DNA of 64,000 nucleotides from Chiloscyllium plagiosum (Eukaryota). Positions 39,266 to 51,456 of this stretch are shown piece after piece. How positions within the stretch are numbered: position 1 is the first letter of the stretch; the number at the start of each line of letters is the position of its first letter. A program made the translations under genes and the position numbers. The stretch spans positions 67,114,732-67,178,731 of the forward strand of contig NC_057718.1 in assembly GCF_004010195.1 (NCBI RefSeq), in the 5' to 3' direction. Under the pieces are notes generated by a model. It made no database searches and was not told where the DNA came from. It saw only the letters and a list, made by a program, of their open reading frames with translations.

Positions 39266-41539
39266 TAATTTTATTCTGTTGCTTTACTGGCCTGTACAGT
39301 AGCCTTCTTAATTCTGACACAGGTCCACATATGTTATGAAAACAGACCTGACTGAGCCGATTAGTTGTAATATTGCTGTCTCTGGTGCCTCAGGCAATGC
39401 CAGTGAGCCATCCAACTTTATTTTTCTTAGATGTTTACATAGGCATTGAGAGGTTTGCTGGGCCAGTTCTGTAGGTTGAGACAATGGCATTGTTGTGAAT
39501 CTAAAGTCAGATTCACTTTAAACCAGACCATGGGTGGTTATTAGATTTCTATAGGGAAGGCAACATTATTGAATCAAATGGGTTTAACGCAATCCAGTTT
39601 CTTATGATCAGTGTTATTGATCATTTTCTTTTTTAAATTCCAGACTGTGTTTCAAAAAGTGAAGTATATAGCATAAAGAGATTACTTTCCCATTCATCAA
39701 GGTATAAAAGAGGTGATATCAAATCAGCTATTTATGCTGCACTCCACCTGAGTTTTCTTACCATTGACTTAAGATTGCTGAGAAGGGCATGGCTTGAGGT
39801 GCAATGAAATGCTCAGCTGAGATCAAACTCAAATACTTTTCCTCCACTTGGACATTCAGAGATACAAGAGAACAGAACTTAGAGTGCTGTCAATTTAGTT
39901 CTCGCATCACCTCGCAATGGGCCTGTAAGTTCAATGAAATGCTCAGCTGAGATCAAACTCAAATACTTTTCCTCCACTTGGACATTCAGAGATACAAGAG
40001 AACAGAACTTAGAGTGCTGTCAGGAAGACATCTTAAAACAATGTCATGAACAACAGAGAGAAATAAATTGAAAACATTTAATTCCCTTATCCTTTTGACA
40101 ATAATCAAAGGTGTTATTTTTCTTTTTTTAAATCAGACAATGATTTGTTTCCCTTAAACACTCTGTTTATGAAGATTAGTTTTTGAAGTGATCTGCAACA
40201 ACCTCTTGTTAGGTTTCAGTTGAAGAGCTATATTTTTATAGATGGATTAAACATGATTTCCTTCTCACAAAACCATATAGATTCTGGCTGATAATCTTGA
40301 ACTTTTCTAAGTGCTTTGGTATAAATTCTTTAAGACTCACTTCTAACATATCCCCTATGACAGATGTTAAACTAATTAACCCTGTAGTTTTCTGTTGTCT
40401 GTCTCTGTCTGTTTTTGAATAAAGGACTTACATTAGCCACCTTCCAGTCTAATGGGACTGAATCAAGGGAGTTTTGGAAAATTAAGACTAATGCACAAAT
40501 TATCTCACTAGCCACTTCTTTTAAAACCATTTATAAAGTCCATCAGGATCGAAGCATGCAGCTCCAATAATTTACTCAGTACTATCGTCACAGAGATTTA
40601 CAGGACAGAAAAAGGCCCTTCATCCCATCATGCCTGCACTGGTCAGAAACAACCACCTGACTATTCCAACTCTACTTTCCAGCATTTGGCTTGTAGTTTT
40701 GAATGCCTTGACATCACAGGATATGAATGTGCTGGTGTTGGACTGGGGTGGACAAAGTCAGAAGTCACATGACTTCAAGTTATAGTCCAACAGATTTCTC
40801 TGAAATCATAAGCTTCTGACTTTGGCATTACCAGTGCACAAACAAATACTTCATAAATGTTATGAGGTTTTTACTTTTACCATTCTTATGGACAATGAAT
40901 TGCAAATTGCCATCACTCTCTGAGTGAGAAAGCTTTTCCTCACACCCAGAAGACTGGATAGGAAGGATGCAGAAATTATGCTGAAGTTATACAGAATGCT
41001 GGTTATATCTTATCTGAAGCACTGTGAGAAGATCTAGACACCACATCTTAGGATGGCTATATTGGTCTTAGAGGGACATAGGTTAACAAGAAAGATATCT
41101 GGACTTCAGATGCTATGTCATGGTGAGGAATTATACCAATTATGCTATTTTGTCTAAAATTGAGAAGGTTAATAGGTGATATAATCAAAGTCTTCAAGAT
41201 GTTAACAAGAAAAGGTTGAGTTGGTAAAATGACACTATTTCCATGGGTAGGGGAACCTGGAACGAGGGGGCTTAGCCTAAAAATTAGGGACAGGGAATTC
41301 AGGAGAGATTTTAGGAAATGCTTTGACATTAAAAGGGGGTAAATGTTTAGAACTCTAATAAATTGCAGTGGATGCTTGATCAGTTTTAATTTAAAATTTG
41401 ATATCCTCTCTCAATTTCCTCTGCTCTAAGGAAGATCCCAATCTGTCCAATCTCTCTTCATAACCAGTGATTAGAATTTTCTTTGAGTTCATCTCTCCTT
41501 TCCTTTTCCAGTTTTATGCTGCCACTAGGATATTACTCT

Positions 41540-41745
41540 CCATATTCTGGATTAGTGGTGCTGGAAGAGTACAGCAGTTCAGGCAGCACCCGAGGACCAG
41601 TAAAATCGATGTTTCGGGCAAAAGCCCTTCATTTTGCCCGAAACGTCGATTTTACTGCTCTTCGGATGCTGCCTGAACTGCTGTGCACTTCCAGCACCAC
41701 TAATCCAGAATCTGGTTTCCAGCATCTGCAGTCATTGTTTTTACC
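41540..41745. mobile_element. PLE terminus hairpin (family A variant) with 9-bp TSD
   Basis: Near-palindrome at 41544-41711; TATTACTCT at 41531-39 and 41746-54. Confidence 0.85.
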
Positions 41746-41951
41746 TATTACTCTTCATAGCAAAGAATAACACAAAAGGACTGATCATTTCATGGTCATG
41801 AGGAGGTATGAAAGACATATGCACCTGTATTTTATACAACAATGACTTGGTTGTTTCCAGCAAACCTGGGAAGAACACTTACAGTAACCTGAAGAAATTA
41901 TTAAATCAGTTAAAGAGCAATTTGGTCATACCTTGGCTAATATTGAACTTA

Positions 41952-42092
41952 GCTGAAGATGTGTTGCTGGAAAAGCGCAGCAGGTCAGGCAGCATCCAAG
42001 GAACAGGAGAATCGACGTTTCGGGCATAAGCCCTTCTTCAGCAACACATTTTTAGCTCTGATCTCCACCATCTGCAGTCCTCACTTTCTCCT
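41952..42092. mobile_element. PLE terminus insert (family A, partly inverted) with 15-bp TSD
   Basis: CTAATATTGAACTTA at 41937-51 and 42093-42107. Confidence 0.88.
42014..42041 (-). ncRNA. Minimal hammerhead ribozyme core (PLE family A)
   Basis: RNA: CUGAAGA-A-GGGC UUAU GCCC-GAAAC-GUC. Core, stem II and the GUC site are perfect; the 5' strand of stem I is lost at the inversion breakpoint. Confidence 0.7.
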
Positions 42093-42487
42093 CTAATATT
42101 GAACTTATTAAAGCAAAGGTGACTTATTTGGGCCACACTGTGTCAAGTAACACTTAGAGAAGCAATAAGAAGTTATTTTAGACTCCCTAATTAAATTCTG
42201 CAATATGTAGATATAAATAGATTTTATCATAATTCTGTTGAAAATGTTGTCACAGTAGTGGCTGTTTTATCAAGGTGGTTTGGATAAAAAAATACCAGAG
42301 TAACATCTACATCTTAAAAGCTGTATTGATTCCTGCACTAATTTTGAAAAAAAAGTCCTAATTATGAGAAGACATTTAAACTGGTTGTTAATGCCAGGAG
42401 ATGCCAGTATTAGTGTGACAAGAAGGTAGGATGGGGATTGAATGGCCAATCAGTTATTTGAATTCATGGCAACAAAAATACTCAATA

Positions 42488-42701
42488 CAGGAAGTCCTCA
42501 CGTAACGAACGAGTTCCGTTTTTTCCGCTGTTCGTAAGCTGCATTTGTGTGTAAATTGGAACAAATATGGGCTAATTAGTCCGCCCGTTCGTTAGGATGA
42601 CACATTGTACATAACACAGATTTTTAAAAAATAATTTTTAAAACTGAGAAGCCGAAGGTCGTTTCGTAAGTACGGGACGTTCGTAACCCGGGGACTTCCT
42701 G
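42488..42701. mobile_element. Tigger/pogo-type MITE
   Basis: TIRs caggaagtcc.c..gt.acgaac / gttcgt.ac..g.ggacttcctg, TA at both flanks, 214 bp. Confidence 0.88.
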
Positions 42702-45526
42702 TAGTTGACAACGAAACACTGAGTCTAAACTTGGTACAACGAAATTTTGAAATCTAATATCAAGCTTTTACTTTCCATCCCTAATTATCAGTGAAATGGA
42801 AAGCTTCCAAGGCCACTTCAGAGGACAATTAAAAGTCAATGATGTAGCCATGAGTCTGGAACCACACGTAAATCAGAGTGAGGGAGAAGAATTTCTTCCC
42901 TAAAGGATATTAGTGAACAAGATTGGTTTGTATAATAATCAATGACAGTTTCATTGTCACCATTACTGAGGCATTCCAGATCATCAGACTGGAATAAAGT
43001 TTTCATGCCATTGGAGCTGAAAAGAAGTCTTAATCTGCTTCAGCAGTTCAAAGTGAGGAGCTCAAAAGTGTCATAAGTAAGAAATTAAAAAGCAAAAATA
43101 GGAGTGATGTTTCATTGAGATTCAGTGTTTCTAAATTATGTTTCTGGGAAAAGAGTTGACTCATTTGTTTCACTATTTATTTAATATCTTTCAAAATTGT
43201 CATATATATAGTTTTGTATGTTTGTTGAATAAGTTTTTGATCTTTTGCTAAATCAACATTGGTAACCTCATGAGAATATGTTCAGAGATTGACCACCACC
43301 ATAATAAAACTACAAAATAAAACCTATGGCCTATTAAGTAGGTTTCATGGAGATCTGACAATGGGGATGTGAAAAAGCATAAGTGATAAAATCAAGGTGA
43401 AATGATTTCACTTCAAGAAATCTGCCAAATCATTGCCAAAGTTGAGCATTAGAGAATCTGTCAGAGTGCAAGTGTTCAATGTTTTCAACAAGAGTCAGCT
43501 CTTGTGGCAACATTGGACCTGTGTAAGGTAGTTGTCATCCCAATGCAGTGAACATGTATAACCTGATATGTTGTCACAACAGCAGACATGTACATAAATC
43601 TAGAGAAAATGTTCTGTCACTGTGGAAAGCTGATCAGGAAGATGTGATTTCACTATCGGTACAGAATACCCATCAGTCTCAGAAGTCTGCTGTTCCAAAA
43701 CAATAGTATGGATCAGCAACAACAGCTACCATGGCAATAGCACTCTTTGGAGATGGAGCATCACCTTTAACATGAAAAGATGCAGATAAACAGCCAAAGG
43801 GAAATTGCATGTGTATCCTGAGAAGTTCTGCATGTATGGACCCACTGCTTGGGTAGAGACTGAAAAAGTAGGACTGACTTGAATTAAGTGTTATATTAAT
43901 GAACAATAATTTTCATTTTTGAGCATCATACTGGATAACTTGTAACTGAAAATGACAGTGCATGCATTTTTGTGTTTTTTTTATGACAAGAGGAATCCTT
44001 GGAGAAATGCTTTTGTAGATAGCTGGCTTTTTGTAGTCATGTGACTTTTACCTATGCTGAAATGCTTTCACTTTATTTTATTGCAGCCAATAAATATATT
44101 ATATGTAACAAACCAGAAACTTTTATGACATTAAATGACAATTTCATGCTCATTATTTCTGAGACTAGCTTCAATTCCAGCTTTTATTAATTGAACTTAA
44201 ATTTCACCAGTTGTCATGTTGAGATTTGAACTCAAAACCTTAGAGCACTAATCTTGGCCCTGGGTTGCATTTCTTCTATGGCACCATCTCCTCCTACCCT
44301 ACCACTTTCCCTGCTCCTGCCATCCCTCCCCACCAGGAACCTCACAAACCCCAAACATTCTTACTTTCAAACATGTCCTCCATCTACACGGCATAAAAGG
44401 AATGCTGTTTATTTTTCTGCAAGGAACGCAGCATCAATATAACCATTGCTCAAGAAACTCAACACCGTTCAGTGCAAAGTAGCCTACTTGATCGACACTC
44501 CTTGAATGACTCACTCACATAGCCAGAGGTGTGTACTACTATAAGATGTATTAAGTAAATCACTAATGCTCCTTTGATAGCACATACCACTTAGATGGAT
44601 AAGTGCACAGACACCATTACTTGCAAGTTCCCATCCTGGCTACATACCATCCTGACTTGGTACCATATTTCTGTTCCTTCTCTGTTGCTATGTAAAATTC
44701 CAGGAACATCCTTCCAAATGTGATGATGCTGCCCCTTTAACAAGGTTAAGTTGCCCTTGGCTTTTTTTGAGAGGGGTCATAAAGGTAGATGCGGCAATAT
44801 GTCTGAACTGGCTACTTTAATAATGGCTAACAGATACTGCCTAAGTCAACAATCAGAGGAGGCCATTAGGGTTTTTTAAAAAACCTACGACATTCCTGAT
44901 GAAGAGCGTATGCTTGAAACATCAACTTTGATGGCTGTGCTTTTCCAGCGACACACTCTTTAACTCTGATCTCCAGCATCTGCAGTCCACATTTTCTCCT
45001 TTCTTTGGAAAAAATACAATTGTACAATGAAAGGGGAGTGGCCAGTTTTTTCCAGTTTTGTTCAGTATTTGAAGCTGCTGGTCAAAGAAAGCTGCTGGGG
45101 AAAAGGTTTCCTGATTCAACAGAAGTTGTCTGGCTGACTCTCTGACATCGCTCCTGTGTTTAAATTTACCTTTTTGCCAAGGGATGTGTTTATGGGGGTG
45201 TTGCAGGAAATCAGAACACATCTTTGTTAAGTTAGATGATGTCAGTCGGGTTTTCAAATCGTTGTTTACTTGCAAGGACCAGAGGCTTGATGGGAAGATA
45301 GGAGTAAAGTTTAAAAACTTACCTCGTGTATAGTCAGAACGCACGCTGAGCAGGAACAGACACGGGGCTGCTGGGTAAGTAAGGCTTCATATTTGGGCGG
45401 TCGCTTTACCTGAAACACTACCCATCCTCCTCCTCTAACCAAAAAAAAAGGTTCTATATGCCGGATTGATAAGGTGACTACTTTTTTTGTCCTCTCTTTT
45501 AGTTTTCAGTAGGCTCATTGGGAATT

Positions 45527-45822
45527 TAGATTAGATTACCTACAGTAAAACAGGCCTTCCGGCCCAACAAGTCCACACCGACCCTCCGAAGAGCAACCCT
45601 CTCCCCTCCCTTTACCCCTTCACCTAACACTACTGGCAATTTAGCATGGCTAATTCACCTAACCTGCACATTTTTGGATTGTGGGAGGAAACCGGAGCAC
45701 CCAGAGGAAACCCACGCTGACACGGGGAAAATGTGCAAACTCCACACAGACAGTTGTCTGAGGCGGGAAATGAACCCAGGTCTCTAATGCTGTGAGGCAG
45801 CAGTGCTAACCACTATGCCACT
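45527..45822 (-). mobile_element. HE1 SINE
   Basis: Reverse-complement tRNA head, V-domain and ttagattagattacc tail. Confidence 0.92.
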
Positions 45823-45847
45823 GAATGGAGGTTAGGGCAGTTTAAAC

Positions 45848-46404
45848 CATGAGGTCATACTGCAGCTGTACAAAACTCTGGTGCAGCCGCACTTGGAGTA
45901 ATGTGTACAATTCTGGTAACTGCATTATAGGGAGGATGTGGAAAGTTTGGAAAGGATTCAGAGGAGATTTACTAGGATGTTGCCTGTTATGGAGGGAAAC
46001 TCTTATGAAGAAAGGTTGAGGGACTTGAGGCTGTTTTCATTAGAGAGAAGAAGGTTGGTGACTTAATTGAGACATACAAGGTAATCAGGGGATTAGATAG
46101 GGTAGACAGTGAGAACCTTTTTCCTAGGATGGTGATGGCTAACATGAGGGGACATAGCTTCAAATTGAAGGGTGACAGATGTCAGAGGTAGTTTTTTTAC
46201 ATAGAAAATAGTAGGGGCGTGGAATGTACTGCCTGCAACAGTTGTAGACTCGCCAACTTTACAGGCATTTAAGTGGTCATTGGATAAGCATATGGAAGAG
46301 AATGGAATAGTGTAGGTTAGGTGGGCTTCAGACTCGTTTCACAGGGCAGCGCAACATCGAAGCCGAAGGGCCTGTACTGGGCTGAAATGTTCTATGTTCT
46401 ATGT
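45848..46404 (+). mobile_element. CR1 LINE 3' fragment with (GTTCTAT)n tail
   Basis: LQLYKTLV.PHLE.CVQFW and QRRFTRMLP motifs; tail atgttctatgttctatg. Confidence 0.88.
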
Positions 46405-48232
46405 AATTCTAAATTCTGTTTTCTTTTGTTTTCATTTCATTTGGTAGTGTGTCAATAAATTCTGTTTGTTTAAAACTAAGTGGTTTGACCAGCTGCAATA
46501 CTCCTGGAATTTCCATCTTACACCTGCTTAAAACAATGAGAAAAGTTAGAGTTTGGGCTACCTTCATGAAATGTTCCGAGGGGGTCTGGTCTGATCCATA
46601 ACATAAACAACTGGATATTCCTACACCAGATGAATGACAACAATTTAAGAAGACAGGCTCACTGCTACTTTTTCGAGAGCACTTAGGGATGGGCAAAATG
46701 TTTTGATCTTGCCGGTGATGCTTACATTCTATGAAAAACAGGAATGTAGTAAATGACAAATAAGACAATTTGAAATTATATGGGATTGATTTTGACAAAA
46801 ACATGTAATTTGTGCTCAAAGCATTGCCCAACCCAGAACGCCTCACACATATCACTGTTATGTAATCCAGCCAGTTATCTGAAATACAATTCACACTGAT
46901 ATAGTTTTCTTCTTTTAAACCATTCTCAATGAGAAATTTAGCAGCTCAGCTGGGAACTGACAAAACTCATCACACATTCTGATAAGTGTCTGACTGGAAT
47001 GCAGCCTACTATGGGGATATGTTCTGACAACCATAGAGCTAAAAGGCAAGCATTCATGGGCTCCATTGCCAGCATTTCTGCCTTTGTAGCAATAGTCTGT
47101 TGATTTATTTTAAATTTTTGACAGGATGCCTCACATTAGCTGGAAATAAATAATTTACACTCAGGTTTTGTTGACAACATTAGAATGTGCATCATTAGCA
47201 GTGTAAACATAACCACAACACAATTACAGTAAAACATTAGGCTACAAATGGAACAAACAGATAAAGCAATGTAAACAGCATGAGAATAGGAGCCAAAAAA
47301 GCAATCACTATTGCAGACAGGTTTGAACAGTAATCCACATGAAACATTAAACATTGACAAAGATAGAAGTGGCTTAATGCCAGTGGGCAGTATGTTGTAC
47401 AGAGCAGCAGCACAAGGAGTAAAGGTTAATTTAGCATAATAATTATTGTACACTTTGGAAAGAAGGCAATTAAGGCTGAGGTTGTATCTAATTTTGTGAA
47501 TTGAACAAATGAACTATGAGTGAGTTATTAATAAGGTAATTAATTTATTAATCAGATCCAGAGTTATGAAAGCATTTGGAAATTATAGTTGCAAGGTGAA
47601 GTTCATATTATGCTGTCAGGCAAAAGAAGTTTAACTCTTGATACAATATATATAGGTTTCTGCAGCTGATGGAAAACTGTAATTAATACAAGCCAAAAAT
47701 CAATCATTGCCACTAACATGAGGCAAATCAAATCTTTCAAGTCATAATTGGTACTTTACAATATAAACTTTATCTACTTCTTGATAATGGAAATATGAAA
47801 TGACTCACTGGATAATTATACTGGTTTTCATCTTTTTCTCATTTTGCATGGTCCATCTCCAACTCTTCATTTCCTTGTCGTCTTTGTTACATATTTGGTG
47901 ATGAAGTATTAACCAAGATTCAATATAACCCCACTGAGTCTGACAGCTACCTCAGTTACCCTTCTGACCACACTACACTGTGTAAAGTTTCCAATCTGGG
48001 CTCCTTATTCCCCTGTCTCCATTGTAGCTGCTGCAGATTTCCAAAAATAGTGTTTCTGAGATATCTAACTTTTTCCTTAACTCAAAGTTTCTCTGTTCTG
48101 TGATTGACAGAGTCCTCAATATATCCATCATATTTTCTGTACTTCTGTTCTCAGAACTTCTCTTTCTTCGCATAAGTACAATTAGGGTTCCCATACCTTC
48201 ATCTTCCACTCCACTAATTTCATATTCTGTGG

Positions 48233-48552
48233 ATCATAGAATCTCTACAGCTTGGAAGGAGGCCATTCAGCCCACTCTGTGAAGGGCATCCCACATAGAT
48301 CCACCCTATTCCCTTAACCCTGCATTTTCCACAGCTAATCCACCTAGCTTGAACATCCTTGGAAAATTTAGCAAGGCTAATCCATCTATCTTGCACATCT
48401 TTGGTCTGTGGGAGGAAACCGGAGCAAACCAACACAGATATGGAGAGAATGTACAAGCTCCACACAGACAGTGGCTAAAGGCCGGAATTGAACCCAGGTC
48501 CCTGGCACTGTGGGGCGCCAATGCTAACTACTGAGCCACTGTGCTGCACCCC
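48233..48552 (-). mobile_element. HE1 SINE (older)
   Basis: Reverse-complement tRNA head and V-domain. Confidence 0.88.
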
Positions 48553-48589
48553 CAATTATTTGCTATAATTTTAACCACCTTCACATGAT

Positions 48590-49432
48590 AGCACCACCAA
48601 ACACATCTTGACCTCTCCTTTCAAAATTCCAAAGAGACTATTCCTTTTGTAATACCACATCCATTCCTTAATCAGGCCCAATGTTCCAGCCCCTTCCCAT
48701 GGAACCTTAACATGCAAATGGAGGAAGTTTAACAAATTCTCTTCTCTCTTTGCTGTCCAAGGCCCCAAATATTTCTTCCAGCTGAAGCAGTGATTTATGC
48801 GTACTTCTTTCAATCTGGTTTACTGTATTCTCTCTCGTGATGTAATTTCCTCTGTTTTGGGAAGATCAAAGCAGATTGCATAACCACTTTACAAAACAGC
48901 TCCATTCAATCTGCAAGCATGACCCCAAGCTACCTCAGGCCTGTCATTTGAAGTCTCCATCTTGCTGTCCTGCTGGCATCTGTGTCCGTGTCCCACTGCA
49001 CTGTTCCAGTGAATTTCAATGCATGCTTGAGTCACAGCACCTCATCTTTCAACTTGACACTCCAAAGTCTTTAGATCTCAATGCTGATTTCAACAATTTC
49101 TATTCATATTCTCTACCCCAGCTTGTTTCTTTTTTCTTTGTATGTTTCACTTTTTCTCCTTTTTTGTTTTCAGTCAGCAGGTTACCTATTCTAAGTTGTT
49201 TCTTCATTTCATGTCTTTTCATTCCTTTTACCTGATTAATACTTCCACTATTAAATCATTTCTATCTTCCATATTCTCTCAAATCTTTCATTTGTCATTG
49301 TCCAAATCACATCTTGTTCAAAACCTTCTCCATTTCTAACTTTTCCTAGATCTGATAAAAGGTCACAGATCTGAAAATTAACTCTGTTTCTTTATCTCCA
49401 TAGATGCTGACAGATCTGCTGAGTATTTTTAG
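48590..49432 (+). mobile_element. Ancient PLE 3' remnant (GIY-YIG region plus pLTR)
   Basis: GPK.FFQLKQ.F..TSFNLVYCI, NHFTKQLHSI and LESQHLIFQL.T....LN.DFNNF. The pLTR has a decayed hammerhead (tctgataaaaggtcacagatctgaaa) and agatgctg..agatctgctgagtattt. Confidence 0.7.
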
Positions 49433-49495
49433 CTGTATTGATCCCAGCTGATGTTACTGGACAAATCAGACTGAAACCTAGCTTGATTGATCATA

Positions 49496-49699
49496 CAGGT
49501 GGTTCTGCTTTAACATTGTGGTTCTGTTCTCGTGCAATCCTGTGTTATAAGAAAATCGTATAGGAGCAACACCTTTAAAACTAATGGGGTTGGAATTGCA
49601 TTATAACAAATACACACTTTAGAAACAGTGTCCCCAGTTTGTCAATTGCTTTATAGCGAATTCTCATTAATGAAACGCATGATACAGCAGAACAACTTA
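49496..49699. mobile_element. Degenerate TA-flanked MITE
   Basis: caggtggttctgct at the left end and agcagaacaactta at the right form an imperfect TIR; TA flanks. Confidence 0.6.
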
Positions 49700-50464
49700 T
49701 ATTTTGTTTTGCATTAGTTTTAATGAGGTGGGGTCTCACTGAGACAGAAGCATGCAATGTTGCTGACTTGGTTTTAACAATATAATGGAAGACTATTAAG
49801 CAAAATAAATGATGGTGAAATAAAATAAGAGGAGAAAGTGAGGTCTGCAGATGCTGGAGATCAAAGTTGAAACTTTAACAATATAATGGAAGACTATTAA
49901 GCAAAATAAATGATGGTGAAATAAAATAAACCAATCTATTTACTTATAAGTATTTATACTCAGATTAAAATAACTTTAAACACACAGGATAAGTATTATC
50001 CCCTTAATCCTAAAACACTCCTTCACAAGTTTCAAAGAAAAATAACATCGCTGCATAGTATCCAACATCAACCCGTGGACAGTACTCACACCAGAAACTT
50101 TTCTCTAACACCTTAAAATAACATCGCATAGGCTGGAACCTCTGATAGCTTATTCCTGGAGCTACAAGAAAAACGAAATTTAAACAAAATCAGCCTCAAG
50201 TCACCTGTTGGAGGTATTTGAACAAATTAAGTCTTCAGTCTGAGTGAGTCGTAACATGACAGTCTTTATTCAAGCTTGTACCAATGCAACATGGAAGAAG
50301 CCTCAGAAACAAGCTCCAAGACACTGTTGTTTACAGCTCAAAAGAATACATTTGTACATGTTCATGCCACAATGGCTATATGCAACATTGGCATAAAATA
50401 AACTAGATGTCAGTTATTCACTACAAAAACAGGGTGCAGTTTATTTTCTTGCAAGGTGCTGAGA

Positions 50465-50742
50465 CATAGAGTCAGAGAGTCATAGTGTCACACAGCACAG
50501 AAACAGACCCTTTGGTCCAACCAGTCCATGCCAACTATAATCCCAAACTAAACTAGTCCCACCTGTCTGCTTCTGGTCAATACTGCTCCAAACCTTTCTG
50601 ATTTGTGTACTTATCTAAATGTCTTTTAAACATTGCAACTGTACCCACATCTACCACTTCCTCAGGAAGTTCATTCCACACACAAACTGCCCTCTGTGTA
50701 AAACATTTGCCCCTTGTGTCTTTTTTTAAATCTCACTTCTCT
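50465..50742 (-). mobile_element. CR1 3' end fragment
   Basis: Tail catagagtcagagagtcatag, 3'UTR and WNELPEEVV on the minus strand. Confidence 0.88.
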
Positions 50743-51456
50743 CAGTACATGATGTCAGAGTAAAGCTCTCCCAGAAAACAATGACTATAACATGGTAGAA
50801 TTTAGTATTCAGTTTGAGAGGGAGAAACCTGAGTTGAACACAACTGTGCTAAACTTAAATCTGGGTAATTATAAAGAACTAAGGGCAGAGTTAGCTGTAG
50901 TGGACTGGAAAAGGAGTTTAGCAGAAAAGATGGTTGATGAACAATTTAAGAAAATAGTTCCTTATTCACAACAAAGAAATATCCCAGTCATGAAGAAAGA
51001 TTCTTGGAAGAGGTTAAACCAACCATGGTTAACCAAGGAAATTAAGGACAATATCAAATCGAAAGAACAAAAAACGCAATGTGGCAAATATTATTGATAA
51101 ATTAGAGGTTTTGGAAAGTTTTAAAAACCAACAAAAGATTACCAAAAATGACAAAAAAACGATTATCTAAAGAGATGAAAAGGAGGACAGAGGCTAAACT
51201 GAACATAAGCCCCTTAGCGATAGAGGCTGAGGAAAAATATAATGGGGGAACCAGGAAAAGACTGAGGTATTGAATAAATACTTTGCATTAGTCATCACAG
51301 AAGAAGACAATTATAGTGATCCAAAAGTATGAAGTAATCAGGAGCAAAAGGTGGGATGGTGAGCAAATAAATACAGCAACTATCAATGGTGAAAAACTAC
51401 TAGGGAAACTAATGGGACTAAAACCTCTGATCGGTTACATCCTTGGACATTAAAGG
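50743..51456 (+). repeat. Inverted duplicate of 54487-55203 (decayed CR1 ORF2 segment)
   Basis: Long near-identical reverse-complement match that includes shared idiosyncratic lesions. Confidence 0.9.

Larger units (their letters stand above)
41790..42770 (+). mobile_element. Highly decayed Gypsy pol (RT-RNase H) remnant hosting a PLE insert and a MITE
   Basis: YNNDLVV.S.TWEEHL (YxDD region), AKVTYLGHTV and QQKYS.V..ETLSL read across the insertions. Confidence 0.6.
44719..46603 (+). mobile_element. Gypsy-type solo LTR (TG...CA) hosting a PLE terminus, a CR1 and an HE1 SINE
   Basis: tgtgatga...ccataaca with flanks CAAA/TAAA and AATAAA at ~46454. It interrupts an old LINE 3' end that reads through on both sides. 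Confidence 0.65.

Noticed and set aside
37300..49929. CRISPR-like repeat-spacer-repeat units
   Set aside because: Each has only two repeat copies with a PLE terminus or local template as spacer; the DNA is vertebrate and no cas genes are present.
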